Source: Candidatus Thorarchaeota archaeon
GTDB lineage: Archaea; Asgardarchaeota; Thorarchaeia; Thorarchaeales; Thorarchaeaceae
Assembly (NCBI GenBank): GCA_030612365.1
Contig: JAUWOA010000002.1
Span: 425 to 64,424, forward strand
Direction of reading: 5' to 3'
DNA length: 64,000 nt
Made by a program: the position numbers and the translations under genes. The notes beneath the pieces were generated by a model. That model was not told the DNA's origin. It was given only the letters and a program-made list of their open reading frames with translations, and did no database searches. Shown here piece after piece: positions 28,776-37,341 of the stretch (its first letter is position 1; every line of letters begins with the position of its first letter).

Positions 28776-29360
28776 CTAGAAGACTGCCTGGTGGACCATG
28801 AAGTAGCTCGAGGCATGGTCACAAGCTGGGCATTTCTCGGGCGGGTGTTCACCTTCGTGAATGTAGCCACAGTTCTGACATCGCCACTTGATCTTCTTCT
28901 CTCGCTTGAAAACGCGACCCTTGGCAATGTTATCAGCAAGTTCGATGAAACGGTCATGATGCCAAGTTTCTGCTTTGGCAATCATTCTGAAGACGACTGC
29001 TATCTTTGAGAAACCCTCCTTCTCCGCGACTTCGGCGAAGCCAGGGTACATTTCTGTGAATTCGTATTTCTCGCCGGCTGCGGCTGCCCTTAGATTCTCC
29101 TCCGTGCCACCTAGTGGGCCTGTCGGGAATCCAGCTTCAATTGTGAGCTCCGGAGTTGCCCCACCTTCCTTCAGCAGCTTGAAGAGCCTCTCTGCATGTT
29201 CCTTCTCGTGTCCTGCAGTTTCCTTGAAGACTTCGCTGATCTGAACATACCCCTCCTTCTTGGCAATGCTGGCATCGAATGTGTAGCGATTCCTAGCTTG
29301 GGACTCGCCAGCGAAAGCAGTGAGGAGGTTAATCTCTGTTTTCGTACCTTCCAATTTCAT
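28776..29360 (-). CDS. rbr: rubrerythrin
   Basis: N-terminal ferritin-like diiron domain (TEINLLTAFAGESQARNRY, EHAERLFKLL, second E..H half). C-terminal rubredoxin-like CQNCGY...CPACDH. Confidence 0.9.
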   Translation of the reverse strand: MKLEGTKTEINLLTAFAGESQARNRYTFDASIAKKEGYVQISEVFKETAGHEKEHAERLFKLLKEGGATPELTIEAGFPTGPLGGTEENLRAAAAGEKYEFTEMYPGFAEVAEKEGFSKIAVVFRMIAKAETWHHDRFIELADNIAKGRVFKREKKIKWRCQNCGYIHEGEHPPEKCPACDHASSYFMVHQAVF

Positions 29361-29486
29361 TGTTCTACCTCCATTCTCTCAGGACGGCGGACATGTACAT
29401 CCTTCACCGCCATGGAGTCAAGATACAGCGACTCAAGGCTGGTATCTAATAAGGAATTGCTTAGGACAGTCTAACTTGATGGACAA

Positions 29487-30686
29487 TCACTTGAGTCTAT
29501 CAGCAATCACCTTAGCGAGCTTCTTGCAGTCCTCTATTTCTTGTTCGTTGGGCCTACCTCGTACGCGCACAACTGGCTCAAGTACCTCGCATTTCATGGC
29601 CTCGATCATCTTGCGCAGTTTGAAGACGCCACCGCCCCCCCAGCCAAAGGTGCCGAATAGAGCGATAGGCCGCTTCATGAAGCGCTTACCTTGCATCTCA
29701 TTAACGAAGCTCCAGACCTTGGGGAATGGAAAAGCATCATATGTGGGTGTTCCAATTACGAGGATACCCGCACGCATAGTGTCTGTGATGACCTTGCTCA
29801 ATTCTGAATATGATAGATTGTGCAACTTCACCTCAACGCCGAGGTTCATGAGTTCCTTCTTCAGATTGACCGCGAGTCGGTGAGTCATTCCATACATGGT
29901 GCCGTAGACGATAACAGCGTTCTTCTCCAGCTCGGGGCTGCTCCATTCAAGGTACTTCTTGACAATCCACATTGGGTCCTTGCGATATATCGGTCCATGG
30001 CTTGGAGCAATCATCCTTATTCCGATGCCGAGGTCTTGCACTTTTGCTATGCCCCTCTGCACGAATTTCAGATAGCTTGTGATAATCGCAGAAACGTAGC
30101 GTCGGCTTTCGGATTCAACCATCCCCATGTCAATCTCGTCATCGAAGATTTTGCCGTTCAATGCACCGAAGGAACCGAACGCATCGCAGGAGAACACAAT
30201 CTCGTCTTCAACCAGGTATGTCAACATGGTTTCAGGCCAGTGCAAGAATTGTGCATGCACGAACTTGAGGGTCTTCTCACCGAGTGACAGTTCCTCAAGG
30301 TCCTCTACTATCTTCTCCTTAAGCGGAACATCGTAGAATGATTTCTGCATTGGGGCCGCCTTAGCAGTGTACACCATAGTTGCGTTCTTCGCAATCTTGG
30401 CTAAATCTGGAAGGGCACTCGTATGGTCCGGCTCCATGTGATTCATAACAATGTAGTCGATCTTGGCTGGGTCCACTATCTCTCTGATGTTGTCCAACAA
30501 TTCGTCTACCCACGGATCTTTCACACCCTCTATGAGTGCTATCTTCTCGTCGACAATGAGATAGCTGTTGTACGAAACACCGAATGGTAGTTCCCATAGA
30601 CCCTCAAACAGCTCTGTGTGGTGGTCATCAACTCCAACGTAGTAAACACCCTTTGCTATTTCTCTATGCATTATCACTGGCTCCAA
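29487..30686 (-). CDS. fprA: flavodiiron protein (FprA-type O2/NO reductase)
   Basis: Metallo-beta-lactamase-like domain with HMEPDH diiron motif, followed by a flavodoxin-like domain (AVIVYGTMYGMT...GTPTYD). 399 aa, typical length. Confidence 0.9.
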   Translation of the reverse strand: MEPVIMHREIAKGVYYVGVDDHHTELFEGLWELPFGVSYNSYLIVDEKIALIEGVKDPWVDELLDNIREIVDPAKIDYIVMNHMEPDHTSALPDLAKIAKNATMVYTAKAAPMQKSFYDVPLKEKIVEDLEELSLGEKTLKFVHAQFLHWPETMLTYLVEDEIVFSCDAFGSFGALNGKIFDDEIDMGMVESESRRYVSAIITSYLKFVQRGIAKVQDLGIGIRMIAPSHGPIYRKDPMWIVKKYLEWSSPELEKNAVIVYGTMYGMTHRLAVNLKKELMNLGVEVKLHNLSYSELSKVITDTMRAGILVIGTPTYDAFPFPKVWSFVNEMQGKRFMKRPIALFGTFGWGGGGVFKLRKMIEAMKCEVLEPVVRVRGRPNEQEIEDCKKLAKVIADRLK

Positions 30687-30910
30687 TTCATTATAGTTAT
30701 TTTTGGACGCTCTTCAAACGGGCGGTTTCGTTAAAAGGTCTGCTATCGGTCTCAGTTGGATGCCTTCCACATTGGACGCCACGCTGCATTGACATGCGCG
30801 CGTTGACTGGATGCAGCATTTTCTTGGAACACGTGTTCCAAGGATTGCGACATGGAAATATCTACGCGCAAGCGGAATGTTCAGTTCAATTCCATTCCTT
30901 TTTTCATGGA

Positions 30911-31363
30911 TCACTCTTCTGATTCGGAATCTGGTTGTTCATCTTGGACAGGAACCGCCTTACTGCTTGCTTCGGCAGGTATCAGCTCATCTACCAGTTC
31001 AATTACTGACCTTCCGAGCAAGCCACTAAAGCCACCAAGAAGGGCACCGAGAAGGATACTGATCACGATAACGAGCCAACCCAATCCCGTAAGCCCCAGT
31101 AGACCAATGAAGAACTCCGCAATCACAAATGCTTGAGCCGTCAATGATAGGTAAACGAAGATAGCAGTCCACGCGATTGCCACGCCGATGAAACCCGCGA
31201 AGAATGCTGACCGGTGTCTTCTTGTGAGTAATGCGCCCAGTGCACCAGCGATGAGCATTGTCACCCATGCTCCACTCAACTGCAGTGCTATGGCAATCAC
31301 CGTTAGAACGAGAACCAGTGTCGGGAAGTTGAAATGTGGGAATATATCATCGAGCTTTCTCAT
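30911..31363 (-). CDS. hypothetical membrane protein with acidic C-terminal tail
   Basis: 150-aa ORF with four hydrophobic helices, 11 nt downstream of the acylase gene on the same strand. Confidence 0.55.
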   Translation of the reverse strand: MRKLDDIFPHFNFPTLVLVLTVIAIALQLSGAWVTMLIAGALGALLTRRHRSAFFAGFIGVAIAWTAIFVYLSLTAQAFVIAEFFIGLLGLTGLGWLVIVISILLGALLGGFSGLLGRSVIELVDELIPAEASSKAVPVQDEQPDSESEE

Positions 31364-31374
31364 ACTATCTCCTC

Positions 31375-33972
31375 CTATGGTACAAACGTAATCATCCTCT
31401 CTACAAAATGTTCACTAAGATCAGCAATGGCGAGCGATGTGAGAGTCGGATAGAAGCGCATCAGATGATATCCGTACTGTTCTGTTTCCTCGTCGTAGGC
31501 ATACCAGATGTCGTAGATGTCATCCCAATGCTGACTAAACATGTTGCCACTCTGGCCGCCGGTGTATACACCGTACGCATGCTCGATGTCACCCATGTCT
31601 ATGACCATCCGCCATGAAGGTCCCGCGACAACTCTCCACTGGCCTGCGTCGTTGTCCCAATAACTTACTGCCCGATTGAGAGTGTTCCAGCCGCGGTGGG
31701 GGTCTCCACCTATCACAGTGAGGCTCGCTAGATGATCAAAGTAGGTGACGTGGAAATTGCCGTAATACCAATCCGTCATATTGCTTCCAAGCTTTAGGAC
31801 CATCTCATCCAGAGCGCGAAATAGTGCTTGTGCGAGAATCTCATCACGGGTCTCCACTTCGCCAGTGGAGTGGTCATCCAAGTAGTTGGCCTCATTCTCC
31901 TTGATTACTCTCTCCAGCACGGGGGTGGATGGCGTCCGCAGATTAGCGTCAAGTGTTACGCGCAGCTCGTCGAATATCTCGTACTTCAAGGCGTCGACAA
32001 GGAATCTCCATGTCGTGGGAGCTTGAATGTCTGTTTCCATTGAGAAGTCCCAATCTGACAACCAATCAACCGCAAGCTGAACAGTGGCATTACCGTCCCC
32101 GGCCGCGTTCCACGCATCGATAACGTAGGGCACAATCTCTTGAGCTGAAACATCCACAGAATCAGCTTGCCACTTCTTCATGTCATCCATTGAAATGCTA
32201 GAGCTAGTGTTCAGTAGGTAGTTGATCCGACGTCCTCTGTACCCTGTGGCGTATGGTCCAATCACATCCCACCCGTAGGTTTCGGGATCGTAACTTCTCT
32301 GGTTTGCAGACTGCAGGTATCCCTGTGCTGGGTCAACTGACCTTGGTATGTAGGCGTAAGGGATGTTAGAGACCATTCCCACAGAGTCATTCAGTGCTTG
32401 AATTGGGATGTCTCCTATGTAACCAGTTCTTAATGGATAGCGACCTGCTGCTGTTATTGCGATGTGTCCTTCATCATCAGCATAGATGAAGTTGTGTGGG
32501 GGTGAATCCCACCAGTACAGGGCGTCGTAGTAATCCTCTAGGTTCTTAGCTTTGTTGAGAAGCAAGAGGGCTAGTATCTCGTGAGTGATATCTAATCCAG
32601 TCCAGTTCATCGCAATGTTGGGTGTTTCAGTGCTGTCAAGGTTGTATGTTCCCATCACCGAATCAATGCAGGGTCCATGTACCGACCATTTTACGTCAAA
32701 GATGATGTCCCCCACATCTTTCGTGTGAATCGTTTCATCGACAACCTCGAATTCACGCCATGCACCATTGTACCAGTACTGGGACTCGTTGTCGGGGTTC
32801 ACTTGCTCAACGAAGAAGTCCATAACGTCATAGGCAGCCGCTGTCATGCCCCACGCAATGTGGTCGCCATGGCCAAGCACGAATCCTGGAATGCCCGGAA
32901 ATGAAACGCCCATGACATCTGTTCCAGGGGCCACAAGGTGTGCTTCATACCAGAGGGAGGGTGCTTGGAGTGGGAGATGAGGATCATTGGCAAGGATTGG
33001 AGAACCCGTTTCTGAGAGAGAACTGCTCACAGCCCAACTGTTGCTGCCCATTGCTTCTCTTAGTTCGATGGGTAAAATGACATCATCAATGATACTCAGC
33101 AAAGTCTTTAGCTTGTCAGTCGGTATCAAATCCTCGGAGGGACTTGCACGGCTTGCAGTAGGCGGAGGTGCTGGATCGGCTGGGAAGCCTCCGGCGGAGT
33201 TAGGATACTCGGTCAGACTGAGATTGTGCTGCTCCGGCATTATCGGCACGTTGTAGGGCATTAAATCAGGAAAGAGGTCATCGTACATCGTATTGTTAGC
33301 GATGGTGGCTCTGGCGTATTCTCTATAGAGGTCGTCAGCCCCTGCCACAAGACTCCAGCTCATCATCTTGGTCCAGATGAACACGTCCACGGGTCTCCAG
33401 TACTGCGGTGTGAATCCCAGAATCTTAAACTCAATTGGGGTTGTGGAGCTCGTCATTGAATCAATAAACGCGTTTACTCCTGCTACTTCCGCGTCTATGA
33501 TATCGAGGACATAGGCAACATCATCATTCGTGTCTCTATTTGCAAGATACCATTGGTATGTTTCTTCAGCACCTCTTGCAAGGCCGATTGCACGGTAGTA
33601 TCTGTCTGAGCTGACTGCGTAGGATCCTACGATCTCGCAGATTCTACCTGCAGCCAAGTAGTTCTGCATCACCATCTGGAAGAGTCGTTCCTTTGCGTGA
33701 AGATATCCAAGCGCCATGTAAGCATCCGTCACTGCATCAGCGTAGATGTGTGGGATACCCCACTCGTCAAAGCGGACTTCCACGTTGGCATCAAGACCTG
33801 GAAGATTGATTGTTTGCAAGGCGGACTCTGGATATCCAACATCGAAGACTCCTCCAGTTGGGGCAATTATTCCAAGGCCGCCCGAAAGCGGACCAATCGG
33901 CATTGTCAGCATAACAATCAGTGCAATGGGCCCAACCAAGGAGATGCCCAGATTCAGAATCTTTCTCTTCAT
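31375..33972 (-). CDS. penicillin acylase family (peptidase S45) Ntn hydrolase, secreted or anchored
   Basis: N-terminal signal/anchor KILNLGISLVGPIALIVMLTM. IPHIYA, HAKERLFQM, and the autoprocessing site GSNSWAVSS (Ser nucleophile of the beta chain). 865 aa. Confidence 0.85.
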   Translation of the reverse strand: MKRKILNLGISLVGPIALIVMLTMPIGPLSGGLGIIAPTGGVFDVGYPESALQTINLPGLDANVEVRFDEWGIPHIYADAVTDAYMALGYLHAKERLFQMVMQNYLAAGRICEIVGSYAVSSDRYYRAIGLARGAEETYQWYLANRDTNDDVAYVLDIIDAEVAGVNAFIDSMTSSTTPIEFKILGFTPQYWRPVDVFIWTKMMSWSLVAGADDLYREYARATIANNTMYDDLFPDLMPYNVPIMPEQHNLSLTEYPNSAGGFPADPAPPPTASRASPSEDLIPTDKLKTLLSIIDDVILPIELREAMGSNSWAVSSSLSETGSPILANDPHLPLQAPSLWYEAHLVAPGTDVMGVSFPGIPGFVLGHGDHIAWGMTAAAYDVMDFFVEQVNPDNESQYWYNGAWREFEVVDETIHTKDVGDIIFDVKWSVHGPCIDSVMGTYNLDSTETPNIAMNWTGLDITHEILALLLLNKAKNLEDYYDALYWWDSPPHNFIYADDEGHIAITAAGRYPLRTGYIGDIPIQALNDSVGMVSNIPYAYIPRSVDPAQGYLQSANQRSYDPETYGWDVIGPYATGYRGRRINYLLNTSSSISMDDMKKWQADSVDVSAQEIVPYVIDAWNAAGDGNATVQLAVDWLSDWDFSMETDIQAPTTWRFLVDALKYEIFDELRVTLDANLRTPSTPVLERVIKENEANYLDDHSTGEVETRDEILAQALFRALDEMVLKLGSNMTDWYYGNFHVTYFDHLASLTVIGGDPHRGWNTLNRAVSYWDNDAGQWRVVAGPSWRMVIDMGDIEHAYGVYTGGQSGNMFSQHWDDIYDIWYAYDEETEQYGYHLMRFYPTLTSLAIADLSEHFVERMITFVP

Positions 33973-34105
33973 GTTTCATCAGCGCCCGGAGTGCGATTCC
34001 ACACAGTTACTCTTCCCTCCCTTTAAGCATTAGGTGCCAGTGGAATTGTCCAGTTGGCAAGCTTTTTCTGTGAGATGTGACGCGATGTGGAGATAGTGAG
34101 CGACA

Positions 34106-35152
34106 ATGGTAAAGACGGAAACATTTCGCGGTAGAGATTTCATAACACTCCTTGATTATACTAAAGAGGAGGTCGAAACAATTCTTGATGTTGCCATAGA
34201 CCTCAAGAAAAAATTTGCAATAGGAGAGCCTCACAAGCTGCTTGATGCTAAGACTCTCTTCATGATTTTTTACAACCAGTCCTTGAGGACGCGTAACTCG
34301 TTCGAAGCAGGAATGACTCAGCTAGGTGGTCATGCGCATTTCCTGGACCCGAGCAAGATCTATGCCCCCGCTCTGGAGGGCGACGAAGTGGCTTATGCAA
34401 CTGAGAGAGTATCCGACGTTGCGAGAGTCCTGGCGCGAATGGGGCACGGAATAGCTATTCGCTGTTACGGGGACCCAGTTGGCTGGCAATACGGTCGAGC
34501 AAACGAGATTATCAATAACTTTGCACACTGGTCACATATTCCCATAATCAACATGGAGGATGACAAGTACCACCCCTGTCAAGGCTTGGCTGACGTGATG
34601 ACGGTGAAGGAGAAGTTCGGAACCTTCAAGAATGTTAAGTTCGTGATGAGCTGGGCGTATTCCCCCTCAGTTCACAAACCCCTGGCTGTGCCTCAGAGCG
34701 CAGTGATTGCCGCAAGTAAAATGGGTTGTGAAACCGTCCTTGCACATCCAAAGGGATTGGAGCTGGATGATGAAGTCATCAAACAGTGCAAGGTGTACGC
34801 AGAGGAGAACAATGCGAGCTTTGAAATCATAAACGATATGGAGGAAGCGTTTGAGGGGGCCCATGTCGTCTACCCGAAGGCTTGGACCTGCAAGGACTTC
34901 ATGCCACCTTGGAACGATAAACCTGAGCTCGAGAAGTCACAGGAATTGTTTGACAAGAACAAGCACTGGATATGTGACGATGACAAGATGAAAATTGCCG
35001 GTCCTAGGGCATACTACATGCACTGCCTGCCTTGCGACCGCGGGTTCGAGGTTTCCAACAGTGTCATCGATGGGCCTCAATCTATCGCATTCGACCAAGC
35101 CGAGAACAGACTACATGGTCAGAAAGCAGTCATGGCCTTGACCATGCGCTAG
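34106..35152 (+). CDS. carbamoyltransferase-fold protein, atypical (YgeW/AOTC-like branch)
   Basis: SLRTRNSFE (variant of STRTR), HPCQGLAD, HCLPCDRG, and AENRLHGQKAVMALTM at the C-terminus. Lacks the D..xSMG ornithine motif. The segment WAYSPSVHKPLAVPQS...LAHPKGLELD resembles my recollection of E. coli YgeW. Confidence 0.8.
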   Translation: MVKTETFRGRDFITLLDYTKEEVETILDVAIDLKKKFAIGEPHKLLDAKTLFMIFYNQSLRTRNSFEAGMTQLGGHAHFLDPSKIYAPALEGDEVAYATERVSDVARVLARMGHGIAIRCYGDPVGWQYGRANEIINNFAHWSHIPIINMEDDKYHPCQGLADVMTVKEKFGTFKNVKFVMSWAYSPSVHKPLAVPQSAVIAASKMGCETVLAHPKGLELDDEVIKQCKVYAEENNASFEIINDMEEAFEGAHVVYPKAWTCKDFMPPWNDKPELEKSQELFDKNKHWICDDDKMKIAGPRAYYMHCLPCDRGFEVSNSVIDGPQSIAFDQAENRLHGQKAVMALTMR

Positions 35153-35206
35153 TGACTATCTTCTCTGATATCAAGGGTTCATGCTGGACGCCGTGAAGGG
35201 TTCAGC

Positions 35207-36295
35207 ATGGCCCCTCCGATAGACCTTAAAACAACCTGCTCCGTTGCAGAGATTGTGAACAAGATGAACAGTCTCTACGGACGCGACCTACTCTGCACGC
35301 AAGATTGGAGCATTGATGAACTCGAGAAGGCACTCGACCTGTCATTTGAGTTCAAGGCTAATCGGTTTGATCATGCACTGTATAACTGTCTTGACCGCCG
35401 GACATTTTTCATGTTCTTCTACAATCCAAGTGTCCGCACCAGACAATCGTTCGAAGCAGCAGTGACGGAGCTTGGCGGTCACGCTCAGTTCCTTGAACCA
35501 AAGAGCATGCGACTCAAATCCGCCAAATCCGCAGGAGAAATCATTGAGGATGCAGCCAACGTCATGAGCAGGTATGCATGTGGGATTGGAATCAGAATCC
35601 TAGAAACCGCCCTTGAATACTACGGTCAGGGTCATGAGATGCTTCAGGAGTACGCGAAGTATGCAAGTATCCCAATCGTGTCAATGGCCCACGATCGCTT
35701 CCACCCCTGCCAAGGGTTAGCTGATGTCATGGGCATGAGGATGCATGCCGGCAAGAATCTGAAGGGGAAGAAGATTCTGCAGGTCTGGGGCAAAGGAGCG
35801 CTTGTGCGTTCATGGTGTTCCGTGCAGGAAAGCATCCTGATCAATAGTCGACTAGGCATGGATGTCACGCTCGCACATCCTGAGGGATATGACCTTGATC
35901 CAGAGGTCATCAAATGGTGCGAGGAGAACGCTGCAGCTTCCGGTGGCAACTTTGAGGTTGTTCATGATCTCGAAGAGGGCTACAAAGGAGCGGATTTTGT
36001 CTACTCACGCAACTGGATGACATCCGGTTTCTACGGAATGGCCCAGAGCAATGGAGCCGATGCCGCTAAGAAGAAGGAGATTGCGCTTGCATCCAAGCAC
36101 GACGAGTGGATCACGACCAGTGATTGGATGTCCAAGACAAATGACGCATTCTTTACGCACTGCGGACCAGTCGATAGGAACGCAGAGGTGACCGATGAGG
36201 TCTGTGACAGTCCAAAGTCAATAGTCTACGATGTTGCTGAAAACCGATTGCATGTTCAGAAGGCGATTATGGCCCTGACAATGGCAAAGTTATAG
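35207..36295 (+). CDS. second carbamoyltransferase-fold paralog with altered HCLP motif
   Basis: SVRTRQSFE, HPCQGLAD, GMDVTLAHPEGYDLDPEV, THCGPVDRN (HCGP instead of HCLP), AENRLHVQKAIMALTM. Lies 54 nt downstream of its paralog. Confidence 0.75.
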   Translation: MAPPIDLKTTCSVAEIVNKMNSLYGRDLLCTQDWSIDELEKALDLSFEFKANRFDHALYNCLDRRTFFMFFYNPSVRTRQSFEAAVTELGGHAQFLEPKSMRLKSAKSAGEIIEDAANVMSRYACGIGIRILETALEYYGQGHEMLQEYAKYASIPIVSMAHDRFHPCQGLADVMGMRMHAGKNLKGKKILQVWGKGALVRSWCSVQESILINSRLGMDVTLAHPEGYDLDPEVIKWCEENAAASGGNFEVVHDLEEGYKGADFVYSRNWMTSGFYGMAQSNGADAAKKKEIALASKHDEWITTSDWMSKTNDAFFTHCGPVDRNAEVTDEVCDSPKSIVYDVAENRLHVQKAIMALTMAKL

Positions 36296-36303
36296 ACGCC
36301 AAT

Positions 36304-37176
36304 CTACCAAGCGCCCTCTTCGACGCTGAACGCCTTCAGAATGAGGAACATGATTATAGATATCATGACTATTATCACGCCGAAGCCAATAAGAAATCCG
36401 GTGCCTGACAGCTCATTCCAAAACATCAACGGTCCGTAGATGTCAGTGAAGCTTCCGACTCCTGTGATTTCCGCAACTACACCCAACGCAAATGGCGTAA
36501 GGAAAAAGATCATCAGCGCCAGTGCGATGTATCCCGCACGCTTCATCCACACGCGACTAATACCCGTCTGTGGTTTAACTTCTTTATCTGTCATTAGTGC
36601 AACAGCCTCAATCTCTGATTTCCTTGGCAATCCCCTGAGCAGAAATCGGTCATGCAAACGGTCATACTTTGCTCTCCAGTAGCCCTTGAATCCCGCCCAA
36701 CTTACGTCCGTTGTACGGTTAAGCAATTTGTTCGAGGCTAGAAATGTCAGAATAGTGATTGCTAACCCTCCAAGAAGAGCAGGGGCCAGATCATAATACA
36801 GGAGGACGTTGTAAACGGCGGCACCTACCCTGAAAGCTACAATGCCAGATAGCCACCCAACGCGGCTATCGAATACGGATGACCGTGTGTGGAGGTAGTA
36901 GGATCCAGCTATCATAGCAAAGATTGAGAAGGAAATAACGTTCGCCAAGAACCAGATGAACCAGAGGTCGCTTGTTAGAGCCATGCGAACGAGTGGGTTG
37001 TACTCGTAATCCATGCCAAAGGTGTGGAAAAGAAGAGACGTATAGATTGCATCTATCAGTCCGATAGGGGCGAGCAAGATTACGAGGGTGCGGATCCATC
37101 TCTCATTCCACCACAGTGAGAACATCTGTCTTGAAGTCATCGTGGCGAAGCTTTTTCTTCTAGCGGTAGTTTGCAT
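36304..37176 (-). CDS. hypothetical polytopic membrane protein
   Basis: 290-aa ORF with about 8 hydrophobic helices. No motif recognised. Confidence 0.55.
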   Translation of the reverse strand: MQTTARRKSFATMTSRQMFSLWWNERWIRTLVILLAPIGLIDAIYTSLLFHTFGMDYEYNPLVRMALTSDLWFIWFLANVISFSIFAMIAGSYYLHTRSSVFDSRVGWLSGIVAFRVGAAVYNVLLYYDLAPALLGGLAITILTFLASNKLLNRTTDVSWAGFKGYWRAKYDRLHDRFLLRGLPRKSEIEAVALMTDKEVKPQTGISRVWMKRAGYIALALMIFFLTPFALGVVAEITGVGSFTDIYGPLMFWNELSGTGFLIGFGVIIVMISIIMFLILKAFSVEEGAW

Positions 37177-37277
37177 CTTGATTTCTCTCTAAACATCCTT
37201 TTGCAGAGAAATCTGCTTTAAGCCATTCCATAAACGCCATTTTTGCTAGCCTAGTTTCACCTCACTAGGTTGATGCG

Positions 37278-37313
37278 AAAAAAAAGAGAATTGCAGAGGG
37301 CATTGCCCTCTGC
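37278..37313 (-). terminator. perfect 9-bp hairpin + T8 tract downstream of the substrate-binding protein gene
   Basis: Minus strand reads GCAGAGGGC-AAT-GCCCTCTGC (37293..37313), then AATTCTCTTTTTTTTCG (T8 = 37278..37285). It begins about 30 nt after the SBP stop. Confidence 0.6.
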
Positions 37314-37341
37314 TTCCTTAGTATATTATTCAATACTTCTG

